Origin: Utricularia gibba
Lineage: Eukaryota > Plantae > Magnoliophyta
DNA: 35,152 nt
Assembly: GCA_002189035.1 (NCBI GenBank)
Contig: NEEC01000223.1
Location: 1-35,152 of the forward strand
Reading direction: 5' to 3'
Shown: piece by piece, positions 22,039 through 33,975 of the stretch
How the letters are laid out: every line of letters begins with the position of its first letter
How positions within the stretch are numbered: the stretch's first letter is position 1
Notes under the pieces: generated by a model
Database searches by the model: none
Told to the model about the DNA's origin: nothing
What the model saw: the letters and a program-made list of their open reading frames with translations, nothing else
Program-made: the position numbers and the translations under genes

Positions 22039-25000
22039 CTTGGTCCGAGCCCCTGATTCTTTATGGCTCATGAGGACAAAAGGATGCAAATCGATGAATA
22101 CAATGATGCAATTGTTTAAATTACGATATCACGTGCACCCTACATGATTTTTTCAACAACTTACTTTATACTTGAGGAGGTGGTCTTGGGGGGCAAGAGG
22201 AACCGGACAAAGGTCAGCTTATGCTTGGGTCGAAAGTAAGTTGTAGCCTGACAAAGAAAGTGATCTATTTATTAACGTTCGGTTTTCGGGGCTACCTACA
22301 TGGTTTTTCAAGGAACCGCTTCTCGTTTTGTGGCGGCCAGTCTCGCTGGGAACTTGGTCCTTTACCCCGATTCTGTATGGCTCATGAGGTCAACCGAATG
22401 CAAATCGATTAAAAAAAATGATGCATTTGTTTAAATTGCGATATGACGTGCACCCACATGATTTTTTTCAACAACTTACTTTATACTTGGGGAGGCGGTC
22501 TTGGGTGCACCTGGAACGGGACAAAGGTCAGCTTAGGCTTGGGCAGAAGTAAGTTGTAGCCCGCAAATAAAGTGATAAATTTGATATCGTTCGGTTTTCG
22601 GGCTACCTACATGGTTTTTAAGGAACCGCTTCTCGTTTTGTGGCGGCCAGTCTCGCTGGGAACTTGGTCTTTGACCCCGATTCTGTATGGCTCATGAGGT
22701 CAACCGGATGCAAATCGATTAAAAAAAATGATGCATTTGTTTAAATTGCGGTATGACGTGCACCCACATGATTTTTTTCAACAACTTACTTTATACTTGA
22801 GGAGGCGGTCTTGGGGTGCACCTGGAACGGGACAAAGGTCAGCTTAGGCTTGGGCAGAAAGTAAGTTGTAGCCCGGCAAAGAAAGTGATGTATTTATTAT
22901 CGTTCGGTTTTTGGGGGCTGCCTACATGGTTTTTCAAGGAACCGCTTCTCGTTTTGTGGTGGCCAGTCTCGCTGGGAACTTGTCCTGGACCCCGATTCTG
23001 TATGGCTCATGGGTCAACCGGATGCAAATCGAAGAAAAAAAATGATGCATTTGTTTAAATTACGATATCACGTGCACCCACATGATTTTTTCGACAACTT
23101 ACTTTATACATGGGAGGCGGTCTTGGGGTGCACCTGGAACGGGACAAAGGTAGCTTAGGCTTGGCAGAAAGTAAGTTGTAGCCCGGCAAAGAAAGTGATG
23201 TATTTATTATCGTTCGGTTTTTGGGGGCTGCCTACATGGTTTTTCAAGGAAAATCTTCTCGTTTTGTGGTGGCTAGTCTCGCTGGGAACTTGTCCTGGAC
23301 CCCGATTCTGTATGGCTCATGGGTCAACCGGATGCAAATCGAAGAAAAAAATGATGCATTTGTTTAAATTACGATATCACGTGCACCCTACATGATTTTT
23401 TCGACAACTTACTTTATACATGGGGAGGCGGTCTTGGGGGTACCTGGAACGGAAAATGGTCAGCGTAGGCTTGGGCCGATAGTAAGTTGTAGCCCGACAA
23501 ATAAAAGTAATGTATTTATTATCGTTCGGTTTTCGGGCTGCCTAAATGCTTTTTGAAAGAACATCTTCTCGTTTTATGGCGGCCAGTCTCGCTGGGAACT
23601 TGGTCCTTGACCTGATTCTGTATGGCTCATGGGGTCAACCGGATGCAAATCGATGAAAAAAAATGATGCATTTGTTTAAATTGCGATATCACGTGCACCC
23701 CACATGATTTTTTCAACAACTTACTTTATACTTGAGGAGGCGATCTTGGGTGCAGAACGGACAAAGGTAAGGTTTGGCTTGCGCCGAAAGTTAGTTGTAG
23801 CCCGACAAATAAAGTGATGTATTTATTATCGTTCGGTTTTCGGGGGCTGCCTACATGGTTTTTCAAGGAACCGCTTCTCGTTTTGTGGTGGCCAGTCTCG
23901 CTGGGAACTTGGTCCTTGACCCCGATTCTATATGCTCATGAGGTCAACCGGATGCAAATCAATTAAAAAAAATGATGCATTTGTTTAAATTACGATGTCA
24001 CGTGCACCCACATGATTTTTTTAACAACATACTTTATACATGAGGAGGCAGTCTTTGGGTGCATTTGGAACGGGAAAGGTAAGTTTTGCGTGCACCGAGA
24101 GTTAGTTGTAGTCCGGCAAATAAAGTGATGTATTTATTATCGTTCGGTTTTCGGGGTTGCCTACATGGTTTTTCAAGGAACATCTTCTCGTTTTGTGGCA
24201 GCCAGTCTCGCTGGGAGCTTTGTCCTGGACCCCGATTCTGTATGGCTCATGGGGTCAAAAGGATGCAAATCGATGAATACAATGATGCATTTGTTTAAAT
24301 TACGATATCACGTGCACCCTACATGATTTTTTCGACAACTTACTTTATACATGGGGAGGCGGTCTTGGGGGGTACCTGGAACCGGAAAGGTCAGCTTAGG
24401 CTTGGGCCGATAGTAAGTTGTAGCCCGGCAAAAAAGGGATGTATTTATTATCGTTCGGTTTTTGGGGCTGCCTACATGGTTTTTCACGGAAATCTTCTCG
24501 TTTTGTGGTGGCTAGTCTCGCAGGGAACCTTGTCCTCGACCCCGATTCTGTATGGCTCATGGGTCAACCGGATGCAAATCGAAGAAAAAAAATGATGCAT
24601 TTGTTTAAATTATCACGTGTACATGATTTTTTCGACAACTTTATACATGGGGAGGCGGTCTTGGGGGGTACCTGGAACTGGAAAATGGTCAGCGTAGGCT
24701 TGGGCCGATAGTAAGTTGTAGCTAAGTAATGTATTTATTATCGTTCGGTTTTCGGAAGCTGCCTAAATGCTTTTTGAAAGAACATCTTCTCGTTTTATGG
24801 CGGCCAGTCTCGCTGGGAACTTGGTCCTTGACCCTGGTTCTGTATGGCTCAGGGGTCCGGATGCAAATCGATGAAAAAAAATGATGCATTTGTTTAAATT
24901 GCGATATCACGTGCACCCCACATGATTTTTTCAACAACTTACTTTATACTTGAGGAGGCGATCTTAGGGTGCACCTCGAACAGGACAAAGGTAAGGTTTG

Positions 25001-27700
25001 GCTTGCGCCGAGAGTTAGTTGTAGCCCGACAAATAAAGTGATGTATTTATTATCGTTCGGTTTTCGGGGGCTGCCTACATGGTTTTTCAAGGAACCGCTT
25101 CTCGTTTTGTGGTGGCCAGTCTCGCTGGGAACTTGGTCCTTGACCCCGATTCTGTATTGCTCATGAGGTCAACCGGATGCAAATCAATTAAAAAAAATGA
25201 TGCATTTGTTTAAATTACGATGTCACGTGCACCCCACATGATTTTTTAAACAACATACTTTATACATGAGGAGGCAGTCTTTGAGTGCATTTGGAACGGG
25301 ACAAAGGTAAGGTTTTGCGTGCACCGAAAGTAAGTTGTAGCCCGGCAAAGAAAGTGATGTATTTATTAACGTTCGGTTTTCAGGGTTGCCTACATGGTTT
25401 TCCAAGGAAAGCTTTTCGTTTTGTGGCGGCCGCTCTCGCTGGGACTTGGTCCGGGCCCGATTCTTTATGGCTCATGAGGAAAAATGATGCAAATCGATGA
25501 AAATAATGATGCATTTGTTTAAATTACGATGTCGCGTGCACCCCAAATGATTTTTTTAACAACTACTTTATACTGAGGAGGCGGTCTTGGGGGGCACTTG
25601 GAACCGGAAAAATCAGCTTAGGCTTGGGCCGAAAGTAAGTTGTAGCCCGGCAAAGAAAGTGATGTATTTATTATCGTTCGGTTTTTGGGGTTGCCTACAT
25701 GGTTTTTCAAGGAACATCTTCTCGTTTTGTGGTGGCTAGTCTCGCTGGGAACTTGGTCCTTGACCCGATTCTGTATGGCTCATGGGGTCAACCGGATGCA
25801 AATCGAAGAAAAAAAATGATGCATTTGTTTAAATTACGATATCACGTGCACCCTTTTTCACAACTTACTTTATACATGGGGAGGCGGTCTTGGGGTACCT
25901 GGAACCGGAAGGTCAGCTTAGGCTTGGGCCGATAGTAAGTTGTAGCCCGGCAAAGAAAGTGATGTATTTATTATCGTTCGGTTTTTGGGGGCTGCCTACA
26001 TGGTTTTTCAAGGAAAATCTTCTCGTTTTGTGGTGGCTAGTCTCGCAGGGAACTTGTCCTCGACCCGATTCTGTATGGCTCATGGGGTCAACCGGATGCA
26101 AATCGAAGAAAAAAAATGATGCATTTGTTTAAATTACGATATCACGTGCACCCTACATGATTTTTTTCGACAACTTACTTTATACATGGGGAGGCGGTCT
26201 TGGGGGGTACCTGGAACTGGAAAATGGTCAGCGTAGGCTTGGGCCGATAGTAAGTTGTAGCCCGACAAATAAAGTAATGTATTTATTATCGTTCGGTTTT
26301 CGGAAGCTGCCTAAATGCTTTTTGAAAGAACATCTTCTCGTTTATGGCGGCCAGTCTCGCTGGGAACTTGGTCCTTGACCCTGGTTCTGTATGGCTCATG
26401 GGGTCAACCGGATGCAAATCGATGAAAAAAAATGATGCATTTGTTTAAATTGCGATATCACGTGCACCCACATGATTTTTTCAACAACTTACTTTATACT
26501 TGAGGAGGCGATCTTAGGGTGCACCTCGAACAGGACAAAGGTAAGGTTTGGCTTGCGCCGAGAGTTAGTTGTAGCCCGACAAATAAAGTGATGTATTTAT
26601 TATCGTTCGGTTTTCGGGGCTGCCTACATGGTTTTTCAAGGAACCGCTTCTCGTTTTGTGGTGGCCAGTCTCGCTGGGAACTTGGTCCTTGACCCCGATT
26701 CTGTATTGCTCATGAGGTCAACCGGATGCAAATCAATTAAAAAAATGATGCATTTGTTTAAATTACGATGTCACGTGCACCCCACATGATTTTTTTAACA
26801 ACATACTTTATACATGAGGAGGCAGTCTTTGAGTGCATTTGGAACGGGACAAAGGTAAGGTTTTGCGTGCACCGAAGTAAGTTGTAGCCCGGCAAAGAAA
26901 GTGATGTATTTATTAACGTTCGGTTTTCAGGGTTGCCTACATGGTTTTCCAAGGAAAAGCTTTTCGTTTTGTGGCGGCCGCTCTCGCTGGGCACTTGGTC
27001 CGGGCCCCTGATTCTTTATGGCTCATGAGGACAAAATGATGCAAATCGATGAAAATAATGATGCATTTGTTTAAATTACGATGTCGCGTGCACCCCAAAT
27101 GATTTTTTTAACAACATACTTTATACATGAGGAGGCGGTCTTGGGGGGCACTTGGAACCGGAAAAATCAGCTTAGGCTTGGGCCGAAAGTAAGTTGTAGC
27201 CCGGCAAAGAAAGTGATGTATTTATTATCGTTCGGTTTTGGGGTTGCCTACATGGTTTTTCAAGGAACATCTTCTCGTTTTGTGGTGGCTAGTTTCGCTG
27301 GGAACTTGGTCCTTGACCCCGATTCTGTATGGCTCATGGGGTCAACCGGATGCAAATCGAAGAAAAAAAATGATGCATTTGTTTAAATTACGATATCACG
27401 TGCACCCTACATGATTTTTTCGACAACTTACTTTATACATGGGGAGGCGGTCTTGGGGGGTACCTGGAACCGGAAAATGGTCAGCTTAGGCTTGGGCCGA
27501 TAGTAAGTTGTAGCCCGGCAAAGAAAGTGATGTATTTATTATCGTTCGGTTTTTGGGGCTGCCTAAATGTTTTTGAAGGAACATCTTCTCGTTTTATGGC
27601 GGCCAGTCTCGCTGGGAACTTGGTCCTTGACCCCGTTCTGTATGGCTCATGGGGTGATGAAAAAAAATGATGCATTTGTTTAAATTACGGTATCACGTGC
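22039..27700. repeat. Same ~312 bp satellite, ~18 monomers between retroelement copies 1 and 2
   Basis: Resumes directly after the LTR end (CCAACA|CTTGGTCCGAGCCCCTG) with the same monomer motifs and orientation. Confidence 0.97.
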
Positions 27701-28431
27701 CCTGGTTATATTCATATTGTGCATTTTGGTGAGGAGAGCAGATTCACCATAAGTTTTCTCAACTTCATTACCATCTCTTAGTTCCAATCTCTTTTCTGTA
27801 GATTGCAACTCAATCATGATCTCTCTAAATGTTGCTCTGGTGTAACAGGATATTCAGGATACAGCTGATGGAGCTTTCCTTCAATAATGTCAAGGATTTT
27901 TCTTTCTGTCTCAAGTGCACATAACTTTGCTCGAATCTTGCAGGTAGGCTCATGATTGCCTGCTAATCACCTTTTGATCCTCAAGTTTTTCCCCCAATCC
28001 TCGAATCTCCTTCACAAGCTTCGCAGTACGTTCATAATAGACTTGTATGGTTTCATTGTCTAACATTTTGTTCCTCTCAAAGTCCTCCAGCTTGTTTTTG
28101 CATAATATCTCTCTGAGTTTGGCATCGCCTTCATAATGGGATTTGAGAGTATCCCATATTTCTTTTGCTGATTGACACTCTGCAATATCATCAAATAGAT
28201 GTTCAGAGATGGCTTGATACAAGGCATCCATTGCTTCATCTTTTCTCTGTTGAAGATACTCAGCTTCCTCTTGCTGTTCTGATGTGGATTTGCTTGTTAT
28301 TGTAATAGCCGGAATCTCCCTTTCAACAACATCCCAAATCTTTCTGACCCGAAGGTAGCTGCGCATCTTTTGACCCAGCTTCCATACTCTGAACCATCAA
28401 ATATTGGAGGTCCTCTACCAGATGCCATCAT
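27680..28431 (-). pseudogene. gag: gag copy 2, four 1-bp deletions (possibly sequencing errors)
   Basis: 752 bp versus 756 bp in copy 1. Losses are GG>G twice (~27835, ~27929), TT>T (~27960) and T5>T4 (~28370). The ORF fragment 27950-28366 matches the copy 1 protein. Confidence 0.75.
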
Positions 28432-28537
28432 AGCCACCGCTTGACAAGCTTTGGGTTGATACTTGGTAATCTACCAAGTAAAAAACGCTGAACGGTATAT
28501 AAAATACTGAAACGAACACAGGTTTGAGAACCTTACT

Positions 28538-28549
28538 GCTCTGATACCA
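28538..28549 (-). promoter_or_regulatory. PBS tRNA-iMet (copy 2)
   Basis: GCTCTGATACCA on the plus strand adjacent to the LTR. Confidence 0.95.
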
Positions 28550-28873
28550 TGTTGTTGCAAGAAAAATAGAGTCTTGGGAAGTAACAAAAAGGTAATGCTT
28601 ATGAGATCACCTTGGATGAAAAACGACTCATGAACAATAAGAATGACCGAAAACCTAATTGACATGCATTTCTAGTAGGGCTTATATATACCAAATACCT
28701 AGGTTACCCAACAGTGGGCCACAATCATTGAAAACACACAAAAAGCCCAACAACTCGAATCCAACACTTCCATGCTCGAACCAACACCTTTTTTTATCTG
28801 AAATATGACATTATGACACAAGTTTAGTTCTTCCAATCACCTTCAAGCTTTGGATTGAGGCTGATCTCCAACA
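28550..28873 (-). repeat. LTR (copy 2), 324 bp
   Basis: Same termini and internal sequence as the copy 1 LTR. Confidence 0.92.
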
Positions 28874-30834
28874 CTTGGTCCGAGCCCCTGATTCTTTATG
28901 GCTCATGAGGACAAAAGGATGCAAATCGATGAATACAATGATGCAATTGTTTAAATTACGATATCACGTGCACCCTACATGATTTTTTCAACAACTTACT
29001 TTATACTTGAGGAGGTGGTCTTGGGGGGCAAGAGGAACCGGACAAAGGTCAGCTTATGCTTGGGTCGAAAGTAAGTTGTAGCCTGACAAAGAAAGTGATC
29101 TATTTATTAACGTTCGGTTTTCGGGGCTACCTACATGGTTTTTCAAGGAACCGCTTCTCGTTTTGTGGCGGCCAGTCTCGCTGGGAACTTGGTCCTTTAC
29201 CCCGATTCTGTATGGCTCATGGGGTCAACCGGATGCAAATCGAAGAAAAAAAATGATGCATTTGTTAAATTACGATATCACGTGCACCCTACATGATTTT
29301 TTCGACAACTTACTTTATACATGGGGAGGCGGTCTTGGGGGTACCTGGAACTGGAAAATGGTCAGCGTAGGCTTGGGCCGATAGTAAGTTGTAGCCCGAC
29401 AAATAAAGTAATGTATTTATTATCGTTCGGTTTTCGGAAGCTGCCTAAATGCTTTTTGAAAGAACATCTTCTCGTTTTATGGCGGCCAGTCTCGCTGGGA
29501 ACTTGGTCCTTGACCCTGGTTCTGTATGGCTCATGGGGTCAACCGGATGCAATCGATGAAAAAAAATGATGCATTTGTTTAAATTGCGATATCACGTGCA
29601 CCCCACATGATTTTTTCAACAACTTACTTTATACTTGAGGAGGCGATCTTAGGGTGACGGGACAAAGGTAAGGTTTGGCTTGCGCCGAGAGTTAGTTGTA
29701 GCCCGACAAATAAAGTGATGTATTTATTATCGTTCGGTTTTCGGGGGCTGCCTACATGGTTTTTCAAGGAACCGCTTCTCGTTTTGTGGTGGCCAGTCTC
29801 GCTGGGAACTTGGTCCTTGACCCCGATTCTGTATGCTCATGAGGTCAACCGGATGCAAATCAATTAAAAAAAATGATGCATTTGTTTAAATTACGATGTC
29901 ACGTGCACCCCACATGATTTTTTTAACAACATACTTTATACATGAGGAGGCAGTCTTTGAGTGCATTTGGAACGGGACAAAGGTAAGGTTTTGCGTGCAC
30001 CGAAAGTAAGTTGTAGCCCGGCAAAGAAAGTGATGTATTTATTAACGTTCGGTTTTCAGGGTTGCCTACATGGTTTTCCAAGGAAAAGCTTTTCGTTTTG
30101 TGGCGGCCGCTCTCGCTGGGCACTTGGTCCGGGCCCCTGATTCTTTATGGCTCATGAGGACAAAATGATGCAAATCGATGAAAATAATGATGCATTTGTT
30201 TAAATTACGATGTCGCGTGCACCCCAAATGATTTTTTTAACAACATACTTTATACATGAGGAGGCGGTCTTGGGGGGCACTTGGAACCGGAAAAAGATCA
30301 GCTTAGGCTTGGGCCGAAAGTAAGTTGTAGCCCGGCAAAGAAAGTGATGTATTTATTATCGTTCGGTTTTTGGGGTTGCCTACATGGTTTTTCAAGGAAC
30401 ATCTTCTCGTTTTGTGGTGGCTAGTTTCGCTGGGAACTTGGTCCTTGACCCCGATTCTGTATGGCTCATGGGGTCAACCGGATGCAAATCGAAGAAAAAA
30501 AATGATGCATTTGTTTAAATTACGATATCACGTGCACCCTACATGATTTTTTCGACAACTTACTTTATACATGGGGAGGCGGTCTTGGGGGTACCTGGAA
30601 CCGGAAAATGGTCAGCTTAGGCTTGGGCCGATAGTAAGTTGTAGCCCGGCAAAGAAAGTGATGTATTTATTATCGTTCGGTTTACGGGGGCTTCCTAAAT
30701 GCTTTTTGAAAGAACATCTTCTCGTTCTATGGCGGCCAGTCTCGCTGGGAACTTGGTCCTTGACCCTGGTTCTGTATGGCTCATGGGGTGATGAAAAAAA
30801 ATGATGCATTTGTTTAAATTACGGTATCACGTGC
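28874..30834. repeat. Same satellite, ~6.3 monomers between retroelement copies 2 and 3
   Basis: Partial monomer plus six monomers in the variant order G-D-E-F/B-C-A(16-bp deletion). Confidence 0.97.
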
Positions 30835-31568
30835 CCTGGTTATATTCATATTGTGCATTTTGGTGAGGAGAGCAGATTCACCATAAGTTTTCTCAACTTC
30901 ATTACCATCTCTTAGTTCCAATCTCTTTTCTGTAGATTGCAACTCAATCATGAACTCTCTAAATGTTGGCTCTGGTGTAACAGGATATTCAGGATACAGC
31001 TGATGGAGCTTTCCTTCAATAATGTCAAGGATTTTTCTTTCTGTCTCAAGTGCACATAACTTTGGCTCGAATCTTGCAGGTAGGCTCATGATTGCCTTGC
31101 TAATCACCTTTTGATCCTCAAGTTTTTCCCCCAATCCTCGAATCCCTTCACAAGCTTCGCAGTACGTTCATAATAGACTTGTATGGTTTCATTGTCTAAC
31201 ATTTTGTTCCTCTCAAAGTCCTCCAGCTTGTTTTTGCATAATATCTCTCTGAGTTTGGCATCGCCTTCATAATGGGATTTGAGAGTATCCCATATTTCTT
31301 TTGCTGATTGACACTCTGCAATATCATCAAATAGATGTTCAGAGATGGCTTGATACAAGGCATCCATTGCTTCATCTTTTCTCTGTTGAAGATACTCAGC
31401 TTCCTCTTGCTGTTCTGATGTGGATTTGCTTGTTATTGTAATAGCCGGAATCTCCCTTTCAACAACATCCCAAATCTTTCTGACCCGAAGGTAGCTGCGC
31501 ATCTTTTTGACCCAGCTTCCATACTCTGAACCATCAAATATTGGAGGTCCTCTACCAGATGCCATCAT
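30814..31568 (-). pseudogene. gag: gag copy 3, single 1-bp deletion frameshift (possibly a sequencing error)
   Basis: 755 bp. AATCTCCTT>AATCCCTT near 31144 splits it into ORFs 31104-31574 and 30814-31134. Confidence 0.75.
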
Positions 31569-31674
31569 AGCCACCGCTTGACAAGCTTTGGGTTGATACT
31601 TGGTAATCTACCAAGTAAAAAACGCTGAACGGTATATAAAATACTGAAACGAACACAGGTTTGAGAACCTTACT

Positions 31675-31686
31675 GCTCTGATACCA
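31675..31686 (-). promoter_or_regulatory. PBS tRNA-iMet (copy 3)
   Basis: GCTCTGATACCA on the plus strand adjacent to the LTR. Confidence 0.95.
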
Positions 31687-32011
31687 TGTTGTTGCAAGAA
31701 AAATAGAGTCTTGGGAAGTAACAAAAAGGTAATGCTTATGAGATCACCTTGGATGAAAAACGACTCATGAACAATAAGAATGACCGAAAACCTAATTGAC
31801 ATGCATTTCTAGTAGGGCTTATATATACCAAATACCTAGGTTACCCAACAGTGGGCCACAATCATTGAAAACACACAAAAAGCCCAACAACTCGAATCCA
31901 ACACTTCCATGCTCGAACCCAACACCTTTTTTTATCTGAAATATGACATTATGACACAAGTTTAGTTCTTCCAATCACCTTCAAGCTTTGGATTGAGGCT
32001 GATCTCCAACA
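31687..32011 (-). repeat. LTR (copy 3), 325 bp
   Basis: Same termini and internal sequence as the copy 1 LTR. Confidence 0.92.
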
Positions 32012-33975
32012 CTTGGTCCGAGCCCCTGATTCTTTATGGCTCATGAGGACAAAAGGATGCAAATCGATGAATACAATGATGCAATTGTTTAAATTACGAT
32101 ATCACGTGCACCCTACATGATTTTTTCAAAACTTACTTTATACTTGAGGAGGTGGTCTTGGGGGGCAAGAGGAACCGGACAAAGGTCAGCTTATGCTTGG
32201 GTCGAAAGTAAGTTGTAGCCTGACAAAGAAAGTGATCTATTTATTAACGTTCGGTTTTCGGGGCTACCTACATGGTTTTTCAAGGAACCGCTTCTCGTTT
32301 TGTGGCGGCCAGTCTCGCTGGGAACTTGGTCCTTTACCCCGATTCTGTATGGCTCATGGGGTCAACCGGATGCAAATCGAAGAAAAAAAATGATGCATTT
32401 GTTTAAATTACGATATCACGTGCACCCTACATGATTTTTTCGACAACTTACTTTATACATGGGGAGGCGGTCTTGGGGGGTACCTGGAACTGGAAAATGG
32501 TCAGCGTAGGCTTGGGCCGATAGTAAGTTGTAGCCCGACAAATAAAGTAATGTATTTATTATCGTTCGGTTTTCGGAAGCTGCCTAAATGCTTTTTGAAA
32601 GAACCTTCTCGTTTTATGGCGGCCAGTCTCGCTGGGAACTTGGTCCTTGACCCTGGTTCTGTATGGCTCATGGGGTCAACCGGATGCAAATCGATGAAAA
32701 AAAATGATGCATTTGTTTAAATTGCGATATCACGTGCACCCCACATGATTTTTTCAACAACTTACTTTATACTTGAGGAGGCGATCTTAGGGTGCACCTC
32801 GAACAGGACAAAGGTAAGGTTTGGCTTGCGCCGAGAGTTAGTTGTAGCCCGACAAATAAAGTGATGTATTTATTATCGTTCGGTTCGGGGGCTGCCTACA
32901 TGGTTTTTCAAGGAACCGCTTCTCGTTTTGTGGTGGCCAGTCTCGCTGGGAACTTGGTCCTTGACCCCGATTCTGTATTGCTCATGAGGTCAACCGGATG
33001 CAAATCAATTAAAAAAAATGATGCATTTGTTTAAATTACGATGTCACGTGCACCCCACATGATTTTTTTAACAACATACTTTATACATGAGGAGGCAGTC
33101 TTTGAGTGCATTTGGAACGGGACAAAGGTAAGGTTTTGCGTGCACCGAAAGTAAGTTGTAGCCCGGCAAAGAAAGTGATGTATTTATTAACGTTCGGTTT
33201 TCAGGGTTGCCTACATGGTTTTCCAAGGAAAAGCTTTTCGTTTTGTGGCGGCCGCTCTCGCTGGGCACTTGGTCCGGCCCCTGATTTCTTTATGGCTCAT
33301 GAGGACAAAATGATGCAAATCGATGAAAATAATGATGCATTTGTTTAAATTACGATGTCGCGTGCACCCAAATGATTTTTTTAACAACATACTTTATACA
33401 TGAGGAGGCGGTCTTGGGGGCACTTGGAACCGGAAAAAGATCAGCTTAGGCTTGGGCCGAAAGTAAGTTGTAGCCCGGCAAAGAAAGTGATGTATTTATT
33501 ATCGTTCGGTTTTTGGGTTGCCTACATGGTTTTTCAAGGAACATCTTCTCGTTTTGTGGTGGCTAGTTTCGCTGGGAACTTGGTCCTTGACCCGATTCTG
33601 TATGGCTCATGGGGTCAACCGGATGCAAATCGAAGAAAAAAAATGATGCATTTGTTTAAATTACGATATCACGTGCACCCTACATGATTTTTTCGACAAC
33701 TTACTTTATACATGGGGAGGCGGTCTTGGGGGTACCTGGAACCGGAAAATGGTCAGCTTAGGCTTGGCCGATAGTAAGTTGTAGCCCGGCAAAGAAAGTG
33801 ATGTATTTATTATCGTTCGGTTTTCGGGGGCTTCCTAAATGCTTTTTGAAAGAACATCTTCTCGTTCTATGGCGGCCAGTCTCGCTGGGAACTTGGTCCT
33901 TGACCCTGGTTCTGTATGGCTCATGGGGTGATGAAAAAAAATGATGCATTTGTTTTAAATTACGGTATCACGTGC
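32012..33975. repeat. Same satellite, ~6.3 monomers between retroelement copies 3 and 4
   Basis: Same variant order and diagnostic SNPs as 28874-30834. Confidence 0.97.

Larger units (their letters stand above)
27701..28873 (-). mobile_element. Truncated Ty1/copia element, copy 2
   Basis: Same sequence and same junctions as copy 1 (CACGTGC|CCTGGTTATA and CTCCAACA|CTTGGTCCG). The differences seen are 1-bp deletions. Confidence 0.95.
30835..32011 (-). mobile_element. Truncated Ty1/copia element, copy 3
   Basis: Same junctions. One 1-bp deletion and one substitution (I>F) were seen in gag relative to copy 1. Confidence 0.95.

Noticed and set aside
22039-22065. Polypurine tract next to the LTR
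   Set aside because: This is plain satellite sequence with pyrimidines interspersed on the minus strand, not a canonical PPT. The LTR abuts a PBS on its other side, so it is a 5' LTR.
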